A stretch of DNA of 50,163 bases, counting the filler, from Sphacelaria rigidula (lineage: Eukaryota), in assembly GCA_964200075.2 (NCBI GenBank). It is 3 parts of 3 records of this genome, joined end to end, with 100 filler letters (N's around TTAATTAATTAA, not from the genome) between each part and the next. Parts side by side here need not be neighbours in the genome. Positions count along the whole stretch, not along the records: positions 16,759 to 33,414 come from CAXNAA020001289.1; positions 33,515 to 50,163 come from CAXNAA020001290.1; 1 more part is not named here. One strand, 5' to 3'. The notes beneath the pieces are model-generated. The model did no database searches, had not been told where the DNA came from, and was given only the letters and a program-made list of their open reading frames with translations. Shown here in pieces: positions 23,501 to 35,821 of this stretch. A program made the translations under genes and the position numbers. The stretch's first letter is position 1; each line of letters opens with the position of its first letter.

Positions 23501-26500
23501 GGCAACCAGATGGAGGGACAGTCAGTCCTGTGCCGACCAAGTACAAGATGGCAACACGTTTTCCCTTGTCGCCGTCGCCAAAACATGAACTGAAACTGCT
23601 CGATCATCACACAAATTACATCACGTCTTAGCCTTCATGTCGAAGGCTACTGCCAGGCGCACCAGCACTGTGTGTCATCCCTTGGTTGACTCCGCACATT
23701 CAGCTACAGGTAATAACGTTGCACAAGGCCACCTACTGCGCAACGAATTGCAAAGCTTAACGGACGTCCCTGCAAGCATTTCTGCACCCAAGGTGTAGCT
23801 ACCCGCACCGGTTGTACTAGTGCGTTGCAGGCAGGGGGAACTCTTGTTATTCCAAGGGGTTACGGGAAACTCTTGTGGGGCACCATTTCGCCGCAGCAAC
23901 ATGATCATGCCGCACTTGCGCTTCACGCCTGGACTCTGCAAATAAGCGTGGAGCTGCACAACAAGGCAGAATGAACCGACCGACTCGCAAAGATGGAATA
24001 CCGTCACGGTCCAGACTCGGGTCACGGGTAACGTTGGGAAGCTGTGTGGGAACCAGAAACAAGCACTTCGTAGGCATCTCACCATACTCTACCCTTTCGA
24101 CTGCGATGCGATGATTCGGGTTGTCTCATCAAGGGAGCATCCGTATACGAAGATTGAATGACAGACGTTGGGGTTGGCAAAAATGGACCATCTCACTGGG
24201 AGATGACTACTCTCCATGGCCGTCAGACAGCCAAAGAGATGAAGCGACATGATTGGGAAGGAGTGGAGAGTATTCCCAGTTTGGGAAAAAAATGTTGGGA
24301 GGAAATTGTTGATACTATCCCGTGTTTGGGAAGATATGAGAAAAACACACACACAATAAACAGTCTCCGACCAAGGGACCAACTGCCCACCAGGGCTTCA
24401 GTATTTTCGTGTAGTTATTTCACAACATATCCTCAGTTCTTCTCCCACTTAGCGACTCTCCTACAGTTTCCATTCAAAGTAAGTGCTCCTGCGGGTTCTA
24501 CTTGGGGACATCCATCGCATCACCCATCACCATGCCGGATAAATAAACAAAATCGACCAACCAACGACTCATCACACCGGAAGGTACCAGAACAATCATG
24601 ATGGTAGTCGAGCTAGATCATGTTGTGCGGCGTGGGGGAACCTCAACTCCGCACAAAGGGAATTATCGTACTCCGTAGTGTATGAATGGTGAGACACCCA
24701 TGAGGCAGCGTGTAACCCGTGCCTGTCTCTGGAAGTGGCGATACCAGAAAGCAAAGCAACTCATTGTGGGTTGGCATCCAAATACAACATCATCAGTAGG
24801 CTTCGGGCTGATTTATCTTAGCAGGATACAGCTCACTTTTCATGCAATTTGCCGAACACACCACGGCGCTTCGCGCTTGGTGATTGAGTGCGAGCCTGGT
24901 CCGGCGAACACCTGGCGTGCTCCGTCCCGGCNNNNNNNNNNCCGGCTTTGTAGGGATGCGAGGTCAATGGTCTCATGACTTTAGCATGCATGATCATGAA
25001 TACACCACCCCCCCGTCTCCCCCGGTAAGAAAAAAGTCACACCTGCAAAAACGGGTGCTTGAGCATGTCCTCCGTCGTCATCCTCTTCTCCGGCTCGTAC
25101 CGCAGACAGCCACTCAAGAAGGACAAGAAATCGTCCGACAGCTGTAGCTCCGCAGCACGCTCTTGAGGCATGAACACAGACATGGGCTCCCTCCTCGAGA
25201 ACCTGGGAACCGAGCGAAACACTTCTACGTCCGTTCCGGGAGTGTCAGCACCAGTGCCGGTCACAAAGCCGCCGCCCGGCGCGGTCTCAGTACCTGGCCA
25301 ATCCCCGGGAAGCAGATTACCCGACAGGGGCTGATAAAGTCAGTGGTGTGTGCAACCATGGGCATAGTAATCCAACAATTGCAATAGTGGAACCGCTCTG
25401 GGTAAAACCCTGAGCCTTCCCCCCCTAACCCCCCGGCCTGCCCTATTAGGTGTTCCGTTTCGAAAGGGATACGTCATCAATGGTCAACCGAACAAGCCAA
25501 GCATAAAATGAGTATGAGCCTCAGATCCTCCTGTCCCCCATTCTCTCCTGTTTCCAATACTTTGTCCGCTGAACACTCTCTCGCGCCATTTTTATATACA
25601 TATTTTTCGTCGGGAGTATGTGGAGGATGACGCTGACGCTGAAAGGATATGGACGTTTAGGAGGCGAGACGCAAATCATACGTTTAGACCAGCGGGCGTG
25701 CAGCAACGACCGTTTGCCATGGATGAAGGCAAGAGGGTGCACGTTTTTTCTCTATGTTTTTTATTTCTAGTCATGCACCATCCCCACGACTGTGGGTTTG
25801 CTGGCAATAAAACCACACGCACTCACTGGCAGATTCCCTTGAATATATGGGGCTATGGCTTTTGTGAGGAGACGGCAACGTGCAACGGGTCGTGAGTCAT
25901 CATCCACAAGTAACCACGAGGCGCCGCGGACGGGTGACTTCTACACGTGTAGGTTTCGTTCGGCCACCAGGGACAATTGTTTCAACTACCGCCTCCCGCC
26001 CGGATCCCACCCAGCAACCGTACAACTCAACTATCTAGCTCAAGTATGATGAGCAGCCATTGAACGGCTAAAGCACATGCCGTCAACAATGCTTCTGTCA
26101 GGACAAGACGACCTCATTACTTCAACAGCGCACCCAATAGTTGTCTAGCCCCACTTCAACATTGGGAGCTCAAGTGCAGCTGGGACCATCTCGAGTGCCA
26201 ACTATTGTTCACGTACATTTCTCTATTAATAAGTCTACTGATCAATTTTGCGGGGAGGCACTGTTTTCTCGCCCCCCCGAAAAAACAAGGACGTACGATC
26301 GAGCTGCTGCGGTTGTCGAACCTACCGTATGTGTATTCCCCACTGCGGCTGCCCATGCTCGCGCTCGCCAATCCGCTGTGAAATGACGATATCTGCGGAC
26401 ACACGAGCTTCACCAGGTTCCAGTACAGGTTGTTCTTCGGTATCTTGGGTAAAGGATGTTGTTGGTGGGGGAGTTGACGGTACAGCACAGCACAGCAAAA

Positions 26501-29500
26501 CGCACGGACGAAAACAGGATGTTACAGAAAAAAGCAACAGCAGCGAAAATGGGGACAGAGAGAGGTTAACTTACAGTTGCACATGTTTATCGCAACGACA
26601 TTTCATTCCTCATGAGAACCAATCGAGTGGCAAATATCCTTCGCACATGGCAGACATCCATCATACGATACAAACATGCAACTAAATGGACTGGGGGAAC
26701 GACTGACCTCGAGATTGGGCTTGGCTTGGATTGGCTTGCGGCCCATTAATTTCATCCGTGTGTTACCTGCCAGATCTGGCTACACCACGAACTCCGAGCC
26801 AGATCGGCTCCGACGAAACTTTCCTTTAGCAACGATCACAAAAATGGAGTTTACTGTTTGACTCATCGTATCATGTGCGCAAATCCCATCTTCAACCAAG
26901 CGCCCGTGTGAAAATTGTTACAGTTGAGTAGTAGGGTAGCGTCGACCACACAAGAACAAGATTCCCCCGGCTACATATTTTCTCCATCCGCGAAACACAC
27001 GGAGACCCCCAGAATTCCGTTCCAACGCCTCGACCGCCAAACACGCCATCAATCGTCATTTTCCAGAGCACCAATTTGCATCGAAGGTCTCTTCGTGAAG
27101 TGATTTTAATGTACAAAACGCATAACTATTCAACAGGCAGAGGGTTCGAGCCGATCCCATCGACGGACAAAGAGAAAGAGCAAACGCGTCAAACGTCACA
27201 CCTCCAGAGGGTAACGACCGATTGCAAGCGTCAGAAGCGTCAGCCCCAGACTCCACACGTCCGCCGGGGGGCCGTAGGGCTCGCCCTGCAAGCGCTCGGG
27301 CGACATGTAGATGGCAGTTCCCACGAACGAATGAGCACGGCCCCTTCGTCTCGCCTTGCTGTCACTCTCGCCGCCTTTACAAGGTACGAAATAAGATATC
27401 CAGCCGCAGAAAAGGTGTATGTGTGACACTACACTTCGGGGAGTACGCGACACAGGCAATGGGAGACGATCGCGCGCTGGGTACACTGCAAGGTATAATG
27501 TGTAGGGGAGGATGAAACCACTGATGAATAATCACTTCATATGGGATCGCTCTTGCTTTTAATGGCAAGTTTTGATTACCTACCATACCTCACCGATAGA
27601 GTGTGGGCAGCATGACACAAGACACTAGAATAGAACGCCAGTCGTTCAAGCACTCTCCACTTCGAATTAAAAATCTCATGTCGGACTTCCGACTACAGGG
27701 AAGACGAGTCATTTCAAGCAAGCTTGGTTCTCACAGTTCACACATGTAAGAGACTTGTCATGCTCCGAAGGGTGCACGAACACGGCGTCAGGTGGGATCC
27801 TGAAATTCCCGCACAACTCTTTCACATTGTGTCTCGTGCCGGGTACGTCCATCATGTGGATGATGACCTCCGCTACGTTCATGTGGATCAATCAATCGAT
27901 CTAGTCACCAATAAGAAACATCCATCTGGAGTACGGGTTCTCGATGAAAAAAGTCAGCGTGCCGTTGACCGTCCTACATTCCACACGTTTGGCCATATTC
28001 CTCGACAACAGCGATCTTGTGCAGTGATTCCAGCTAGTACATAATCAAGCACGAAAAACCCCCGGTAAATCCCTAGTCAAACAACCATGGTACCTTCAAT
28101 ACAAACGGACAACTTACGCCGGCGGACCAGCACCCCACCATCACTGCTAACGGTGCGCGCACTAACCATACTGGAAAAACTTCTTCCGAATGCGTGTTGA
28201 GCACGCTCATGAGCAGTGCATTACCTGCGTTGCTATTTTGGTTGCCCGCATCAGCATCGTCCAGACTTCGCACCAGTCCGAAATCTGCCAGCTTCACGCG
28301 GCCCTGTGCTCCAAACAAAACGCAGTCAAGCAAAAGGACGTCCGGTCAGACGTGATGCGATAGATACGGCCGTGTGTTGGCCGGGTTCATCCATACACAA
28401 CATACTGGGGAAGTCAAGATATTGTTACACAGAATTGATTCTCACGGCTGCTTTTCTTGGGTTAGATTCTTGCAAAAGACAGCACCGGTCGCCCCGGTGG
28501 CTCAGTTGGTGACCTCGTACCCTTCTGATGGTGGAGTAGGGGGGTTCGATTCTCGGAGTGATCTGGAATCTTTTCTCACACCATGCCCAACGGTGGAGAG
28601 CGACTACGTCGTGGGTGCACAAAATTCGACTTAACGGTCAACGAGGGAAAGGGACTGCTGAACCCCTCTCGTAATAAAAAAGAAAGGCAAGTACCGCAGA
28701 AGGAGGGTGGGGTGTTGAAAACAAATTAAGAAGAAAAACTCCTGTGTTGACCTTCTTCCTGTGTGACCCCGACTGATGCGCCCACATATACCGAAAGGTG
28801 TAGACTAGCCCAGAATAAATGCGACGACAACATGACACACACAACTCCAATGTTATGTTGATATGGTCGGTTGCAGAACTCTCCCCAATATCTATCTCAG
28901 TTTCGTCGAGTACGATCTCCATACCCTACCCGAGCTTTGGGTACTTGGAATACCATTCCTTGAAATATTCAAATGTAGCAAGAGAATACCCCAAAGTACC
29001 CACCACACTACCCGATAGCAGACGCCACGACATCCGCAAACCCGGGTTCAAGAATCCTGACACAAAACCGCATCGTTTCTCAGAAAAGCGAGAACATCTA
29101 CAGGCCATTAGTACCGTACGGCGCAAGTGAAATATGTACACACTGGATAATGACTATATTACATTGTCAGAAGATTTACCGCGTACAGTACGGAATCCTT
29201 TGTCTATTTGCAACAGGCGCAAGAGTCGATACTGTACGCAGTACACTTTATGACAATTCAATCTTAATGTGCAGGGTGTCGAAATATTACGAAGCTTTTG
29301 GATGTGAAGGACCCCAGACCTTCATTCACATACACAAAACTGTGCGAAACAAAGGTAGTCTGACGTCATCAGGGACCAGTAGGGTTTACAAGTCCGCAGA
29401 ATCACTCTTTACGGAGAACTTCCGTGGAATCATATTTCTTAACATGATAGCGACCATCGCTACTAGGATTTTCGACGGCGGAAAGAAGAAGTTATTACAC

Positions 29501-32500
29501 GTGCGGGGCAATTTGCAACTTTCAAAAGCGTACTGTACTGTACCTCGCTCGACAGAAGGATGTTAGCGGGCTTGATGTCCCGGTGCAGCATGTTGAGTGA
29601 GTGCATGTACTGCAGTCCCTGGGCCATGTCGAGCGCAACGCTTGCGATGCTCTGCTCCTTTAAAGCTCCATTCCGATTGATCAAATCCTGAAATATATCA
29701 CGTATGTCAGAGGTGCCTTCTGTAATCACCCAAGTTCCGGAATGGTTCGCAAACCAACTACACGTTATCTCACTTTGAACCCCTTCCTTTCCTCGGGATC
29801 AGTTCGTGGTCTCAAGGGATCATCCCACTTCTACCCGGGTGTCATCTGTCATCTGTCCCTCTCTCGCCAATATTGCCTCGACCAGGACAAATCGAAATGG
29901 AGTGCGACAAACAACAAAGCTCTGGAACCACCTACTACCACCACAATGTACATGCAGAGGGAGGCGGGGAGCTTCTCTTCACACAAGAACGTGAGTTGTC
30001 TTCTTCTACTTGGTTATAATACTGTGTCATGTTCCACCTCACTCCTGGGGTTGTTCCATTCTGTTTTTTGCGTCATCGTTCGTCTCCTTTACCGAGGATT
30101 CCAATCTTGCTGACTTTAGGTACGTCCAGAGTGTGAGCACAGCTGTGCCTCCTCCCCCCCCCCCCCCCCCACCACAAAAGGCATGGCGGACACCCCCACA
30201 TAAACATCATTTTTTTCATCAANNNNNNNNNNTTGTCTGCCTTTCCCGCGCGTTCCCCCCCTCCCTCCTTGAGGTTCCCTCAGGGGGGGGGCACACCCGG
30301 GCCCCCCCCCCCCCCCCCCCCCACCGGGGATAAGTTCGTGTTCGAACGAACAATCAATCAATCGATTAATTACAACAATCTCTTCATGCTTCATGCACAA
30401 CTACACCAACATGAGGGCGTAAAAATCACAACACTCTGTTACATCTAGACATCAACATCACGCACTGGACGAGGAAAACCTCAAACGTGACGGCGCAGGG
30501 AGGGTTTCAGTTGAAACCATATGCACTACTTTAGCACGTCGATGGCCGCAGGAAACGTCATTACTCGCACGTAGTAGGGTGGGTGAACGCGCGCATGGTT
30601 TTGCGTAGTATTGGACGCTTCGCTTAAGGGCGTCTCAAGTGACAGGTGGCATGCATCACCATCGTTTAGTAAGGTATAATACCTGCAAAGAACCCCCACT
30701 GCAGTACTCCATGACGATAGACACGTATCCCGAGCGTGTCAAGGTGAAGGCGTCGTAAAACGTCACGAGAGAGTTCGGACTTCCTGTGATGGAGACACGT
30801 TTGCACCCATCGGTCACAACGCATCAAAAAACAGGAAATAAATATAACAGTACGTACCAACGGCAACCAGTGATCATGCAACCGACTAAAAGACTCTCAG
30901 CTTCGCTGCCTCAGTCACAGTGAACGCAAAATAGATCCATCGACATGCTCTTCTTACAATAATGGAAGCACCTCAAGCATCAGCAGGAGATATAAACATG
31001 ACACAAAACCCAGTGTAGATCAACTCCCATCTGGCGTAGACGTGTCCACGCCTGGATACACTGAATACATTTTTTGCTCGCTGTACCATGTACCTGGAAC
31101 TTCACGTATCGATATCCTGAAGTTAAGAGTGTGCAACCCCGGAATGACAGATTTGATTGGGGCCCAAAAAGCCAATTCAGTACTGTAGGTGCAACGGGGT
31201 GTCCCAGCATAGTGCGGTGGATAACCCACTCGGCATGATCGCATTATGCCGGAAATCCACACAATAATGGTGGAGTGCAATTACCCAACCACAGTACTGT
31301 ACAGCGGAATCAGGCATGTGACAAGTGAGTTTGACCGCACTTCCGTGTGAATCCCCTCTACCGGTACTACATCGTAACAACCACCCCGGGAAGTCATCAT
31401 CGCGGGGTGAAATATAGCACGTATGGGAGACAGAACCATTTTGTACGGAACAGCGCGTGTGCACGTGAAAGGAAGCACATTTTTCTCGCCACCAGCTCAC
31501 CGTCGGGGGGTTCACCCTGACTACCATTGGCAGCTTTCCTCTTTTTTTCCCTTGCCTCCGCGTTCTCTCTGCAGTGCTTCAGCAGCCTCAGCTCCGCGCC
31601 GATTTGGTCTCTCCGAGTCTTATCGTGAACCGGAACCTGCCCAAGACGCGACAGTCGAAGATGCTTACGAACAATAGTACACGACGACCGTACCGTGGCT
31701 ACCCTGGGTTTTGGGGGGATGTTTTCAGCACCGAATGCTCCGGGTTCATGGTGTTATGGACGCCTCAAGTACCCTAACTCGTGCTTATCACCTCTTCGAC
31801 AGGATGCATCGGCCCAAACGTGTCAGCGGCAGCATGCGAAACCCGTCAACACGGGGCATCCACTGACAAAACAAACGACATGTAGGGATCGCATGCTCAA
31901 GTGTATCATTAATCACGCGCATCTACACCACTGCGACTTTTCCCAGATGCTGCAGTTGACCCTGTATTGGGGATGTCGGGTGTGCTGAGTGACGGCGAGG
32001 AAAAATCGCGAGACCTTCAGTACCGCATCGGCCATTACCCATGATCCTGATTGAACATACTGTGCTTCACCTCCTTGACAGCGAGGAGTTGCAGAGTCGT
32101 TGCGTGCACTGCTTTGTACACGCAGCCTGTGGCACCATGCCCCAGCTCCTCAAGTCTCACGATGTTCTCTGATATCGCATCCGGAGGTACCTCCACCTGC
32201 CCGCACATGCACACAAGAAAAATAACACCCATGTCACAAGTCCTCATCTATCAGGGCCTCAACTTTCACCTAGATTGTCCACATACCATTGCCCGACACA
32301 GTACGTAATGAGCGACCCACAGCCACCATCTGGAAGCTACCACCCATTTCACTTGGAACACCCAAATGTCTCCGCTACTTGTTGAGAAAAATCAAATCTT
32401 GAAACTATTTCTTGTTACTTTTGGTTTGACTCATGGCCCACGTAATTCCTGCGTGATGACTCACCCACAGGCCACCGCCGCCGCTGGAACTGAAGAACGG

Positions 32501-32651
32501 TCCCACGGTTCCATTCCCATTTTGTCCCGTAGGACTGAGAACTTCTTCCGAGTAGTCTCGGACGCCCCCGCGCCCGATCCGAATACCGTAGTTCTTCAAC
32601 GTCAGCGCCCCCTTATCGGAGAACTTGTAAGACTGTCGCTTGTCGTTGTAC
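20314..32651 (-). CDS. MAP kinase kinase (MAP2K/STE7 family), multi-exon, 5' end not resolved
   Basis: 15 exons with AG/GT boundaries and consistent phases: 32651-32465, 32196-32071, 31636-31501, 30783-30683, 29687-29544, 28303-28225, 27374-27202, 26823-26767, 26392-26326, 25293-25043, 23387-23187, 22934-22846, 22459-22257, 21165-21057, 20515-20314 (TGA). This gives about 707 aa in one frame. Motifs: [105 protein letters not shown] and the N-terminal [12 protein letters not shown] are MAP2K-type. Exons outside the kinase core are less certain. Confidence 0.92.
25043..25293 (-). CDS. MAP2K exon, subdomain XI ([33 protein letters not shown])
   Basis: cag|...|GTGTGA. Confidence 0.9.
27202..27374 (-). 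CDS. MAP2K exon, subdomains VIII-IX ([14 protein letters not shown]...DVWSLGL...GRYP)
   Basis: aag|...|GTGTGA; phase matches the preceding exon. Confidence 0.95.
28225..28303 (-). CDS. MAP2K exon, DFG motif ([16 protein letters not shown]...)
   Basis: cag|...|GTAATG. Confidence 0.93.
28489..28590 (+). mobile_element. tRNA-derived SINE-like head (Pol III A and B boxes) in a MAP2K intron
   Basis: A box TGGCTCAGTTGG (28498-28509) and B box GGTTCGATTC (28543-28552). No complete cloverleaf or acceptor stem, so not called a tRNA. The 3' end is undefined. Confidence 0.6.
29544..29687 (-). CDS. MAP2K exon, catalytic loop ([11 protein letters not shown])
   Basis: cag|...|GTACAG; 48 codons. Confidence 0.95.
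30683..30783 (-). CDS. MAP2K exon, subdomains IV-V (SLVTFYDAF...[13 protein letters not shown])
   Basis: cag|...|GTATTA; hinge motif MEY. Confidence 0.92.
31501..31636 (-). CDS. MAP2K exon, alphaC helix ([20 protein letters not shown]...)
   Basis: cag|...|GTGAGC; conserved alphaC Glu. Confidence 0.88.
32071..32196 (-). CDS. MAP2K exon, subdomains I-II ([12 protein letters not shown]...AVKE)
   Basis: Gly-rich loop and catalytic Lys; cag|...|GTGAAG; 42 codons. Confidence 0.93.
32465..32651 (-). CDS. MAP2K exon (N-terminal region, [22 protein letters not shown]...GGGLW)
   Basis: cag| acceptor, |GTGAGT donor, in frame with the next exon. Confidence 0.8.
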
Positions 32652-33414
32652 CTGTCATGATTTAGGGTATTGAAAATTCATCAGTTGGTCATGATTCACG
32701 GTCACGTCGTCACGTGCTGGTTCGTGCCAAGTATTCAGTTGAAACCCACGAATGCCTTCCTGAATTACAAGACTGTCTTGTTGTTGAAACCGGATACAAT
32801 AATGAATCCCTGCACACCACTTTGCTGTCGGCATCCATGCGTTCGACATCAGACTCGCGGTTGAGCTGAGCAACGGACGATTCCATAATCTCACTGCATG
32901 GACTGTCCAGAGTCACCACGTCTGCCTTTCGGAGGCTATATACCATCATCATTACCTCACAACCACCCGCCATAACACGTGTGACGCGAGGACGTCCAGC
33001 ATCACATGCGACAATTACTGACGCTTTTCTCGCAGGAGCGACAGATTTCACTACAGCTCGCGAAAGCATTTCCCATAGGTAGGGCTGGGTACTGCAGCAC
33101 TTTAGGTTGGCAATACCATCACTACAGCCACCACCTTCCTTTCCAAGTATTAGCCCCACTATAACTTCATCCTTCATTTTCCACGGACACCAATCTACTT
33201 GTGCCGCACGTGAAGCCGAATCGCATCTATTTGCTCAGATGAACCGAATCGCGTGAAAATATACTGTACCATGACGCCGCCATAACTACTACCTGCACAT
33301 AATTCCACGAGAGGGGATGACGCTCGAGGGGTGTTCCCCATATGACTGCCGCGAGGCAGTCTAGCCGAGCCTTCGGGTAATGGGCGCACGAAATCGCTTG
33401 CGAGATAAGTGTTG

Positions 33415-33514
33415 NNNNNNNNNNNNNNNNNNNNNNNNNNNNNNNNNNNNNNNNNNNNTTAATTAATTAANNNNNNNNNNNNNNNNNNNNNNNNNNNNNN
33501 NNNNNNNNNNNNNN
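33415..33514. other. Artificial contig spacer (44N-TTAATTAATTAA-44N)
   Basis: Identical 100-nt linker. Confidence 0.97.
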
Positions 33515-34511
33515 GTCTCACCATTCAAACACTGCGTAGTACGATCATCCCCATTGTGCGGACTTGAGGTTCTCCCACGCCGCAAAACATGATCTAGCTC
33601 GACTACCATCATGGTTACCGCGAAAAAAAGCGCAAGCGCGCAAAAGAAATCGGTGACCTGGTTGCCTAGATAACGCAGTGTGTGGCGTGTTTTATAGCGT
33701 CATCGTCAATCGACGCCAACCCCATCGGGGGTCTGCCCCTACGAAGCCGGGACGGAGCACATCGGGTTCTCGCCAGACCAGGCTTAAGGGGGGGGGCGGC
33801 GGGGGGGAAGGGGGGCATAGGTGTATGAGACGACATACAATAGCGCACTCGCGGTGCGCTTGTATGCGGTTAATAATGGTGTCAAGCAGTACGGACTAGC
33901 GTGAATCATCGATAACAAGCGCGTTCTAACAACCGCTGCTGCTGTCACGACGATTTCAAGCGCAAGTTCGTGGAAAAAATGGTCCGAAATACCCCTCATA
34001 CAAGTGCAGCCGCGGCAAACAGGAGACAGATGGAAGAACGCGTGGCCAGCTATATACCGAACTGCACATGGCAGAGGTAGCAGGACTCCTCATCATCTAC
34101 CTATGTCCTCCTTCTCCTTACTAATTGCCGCCTGTCATGTGCCCCTCCCCCGAGGTAGTGTGCTGTTATGTAGTGCTCTTCTTGCTATGCCGAGTATATT
34201 GGTACCATACGTATGGCTGTCTCTCGAGAGGTACAAGGATAAAACCCTGCGACTCCCATCGCTATGATTAGTGATCTTGGTTCCTAAGTTAGGCCCTTTT
34301 CTGTTTGGTCTCGCGTGTTGAGTGGACCACGAGGCCCTGTCTCCAGTAGCCCACATGGTGGCCTGCGGCACGGAACCTTTGAAGTTAGCCTTTTTTTTCG
34401 TATTTCCTTATACCGCGCTTTGGCTAGTTAGCCTATGGCCACGGAAGGCGTCCGTATCAAATGCCCAGTACAGATTAACGCGCTGATATTGGAACAGTTT
34501 TTAATGTGAAG

Positions 34512-34512
<1 letters not shown>

Positions 34513-34545
<33 letters not shown>
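34513..34545 (+). repeat. (CAA)n microsatellite
   Basis: About 11 CAA units. Confidence 0.95.
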
Positions 34546-35821
34546 CTCCCACCCTCCCCCCTTCTATCGTAGCAGATGGTGCCACAGACGGCGAAACAGG
34601 ATAGGGATAAGATATGTGAAAATGGTTTTTGTGATGTATGGAAGAAACGTAATGAGCGCCAGAATGTTGGAGGTGTCTCTACTAGGAGTAGGAACGGTGC
34701 TCCGTCGCGAAAGGGATGCGTGGTCAATGGTCAAACGACTAAGGCAAGCAACACATGAGAACACCCCCCTCCCTATTGTAGCATGAATCAATAGTTGAAA
34801 CGAAAGTGACCGAAGAAATGTGAGCCTGTAGGTACGTTGGCGAGAAAGAACACATGAATGGTTTTCGCGGATCGAAGGCATGACTGTTATGGATACGCTG
34901 TCTTTGCGTGAAGAGTTTTCAATCTCCGATGCCTGAGGGGTGAGATGCCACGCGCCGCGTCCGCCCTGTGTCTGAACCATAGCTTAATAGTGGCTGTTCT
35001 TCGCATTGGTGTGCAGGAACGCAATATAAATAACCCCAGAGGCTCAAGGTTTGGCTTCTGTACATTTGCAAGGTTCGGAGCACGTGGTCGTCGTCTGAGT
35101 CGAAGTGTTCGAACATTCGCGAAAGTTTTCTCCTGTACTAAAAGATTTCGTTCTAGGTGGTCGGTTGCGTCCCACTTGCATATTCTGGTAGGTGCACGTT
35201 TCTCGTAGATGCATCTGCTGGAACCAAACCCGTTCCGTTGCTTCAACAATATCTTTCTTGTTTTCGACTGCAATCAACTGCCATCGTCCGCAGAAGAAGC
35301 TGGAACATGATTATAACAACACGTTTCCCCCCTCAAAAATGCAGACGCGATTGCCTATACGTTTTCGTTCACCTGCTTTTCTTCACGTGTCGTCAGTCGT
35401 GCAGCACAGAGATCAAATTTACAACCATCGACATTTCTCCCGTCCGTTCTCGCTTTCCCCTCCAGGACAACGCTTTCCCACCTGCGCTGCGGTATAGTAA
35501 TGAAAAACCCTCTTAATAGTCGCTGCATCACCCTTGAGTGGTATTCGGTAGTGTGCATGCGCGAATTCACTGGCCGATTTCGGTGAACCCATGTGTGAGC
35601 GTTTTCTTTAGCTTGATGTGGTGGTTACTTTCAAAACCGATTTCACGGGAAAATCCGATTTTCCGTGTTCGTTGGCAAGGCTGACCAACTAACAAACGGC
35701 AAAATAATATTGTATACCTTCTCTGTAGGAATTCCGTTCCTCGGTGGTTTGATGTGACGATGGCCCCGCGTGCCCGTCGCATCACAGTTTCCGTTTTATT
35801 CTATTTTCGTAATGTCCATAG

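Noticed and set aside
23675..23940. Additional MAP2K exon (SPGVKRKCG...) after HPFLQ
   Set aside because: A good acceptor is present, but there is no convincing phase-0 donor and the model is in frame without it
28491..28565. tRNA gene
   Set aside because: A and B boxes are present but the acceptor and anticodon stems do not pair; treated as SINE-like
33666..33848. - strand ORF with RLRRGRPPMGL, resembling a MAPK docking site, as exon 1 of the MAP2K
   Set aside because: It lies across the artificial spacer on another contig and has no phase-2 GT donor to join 32651
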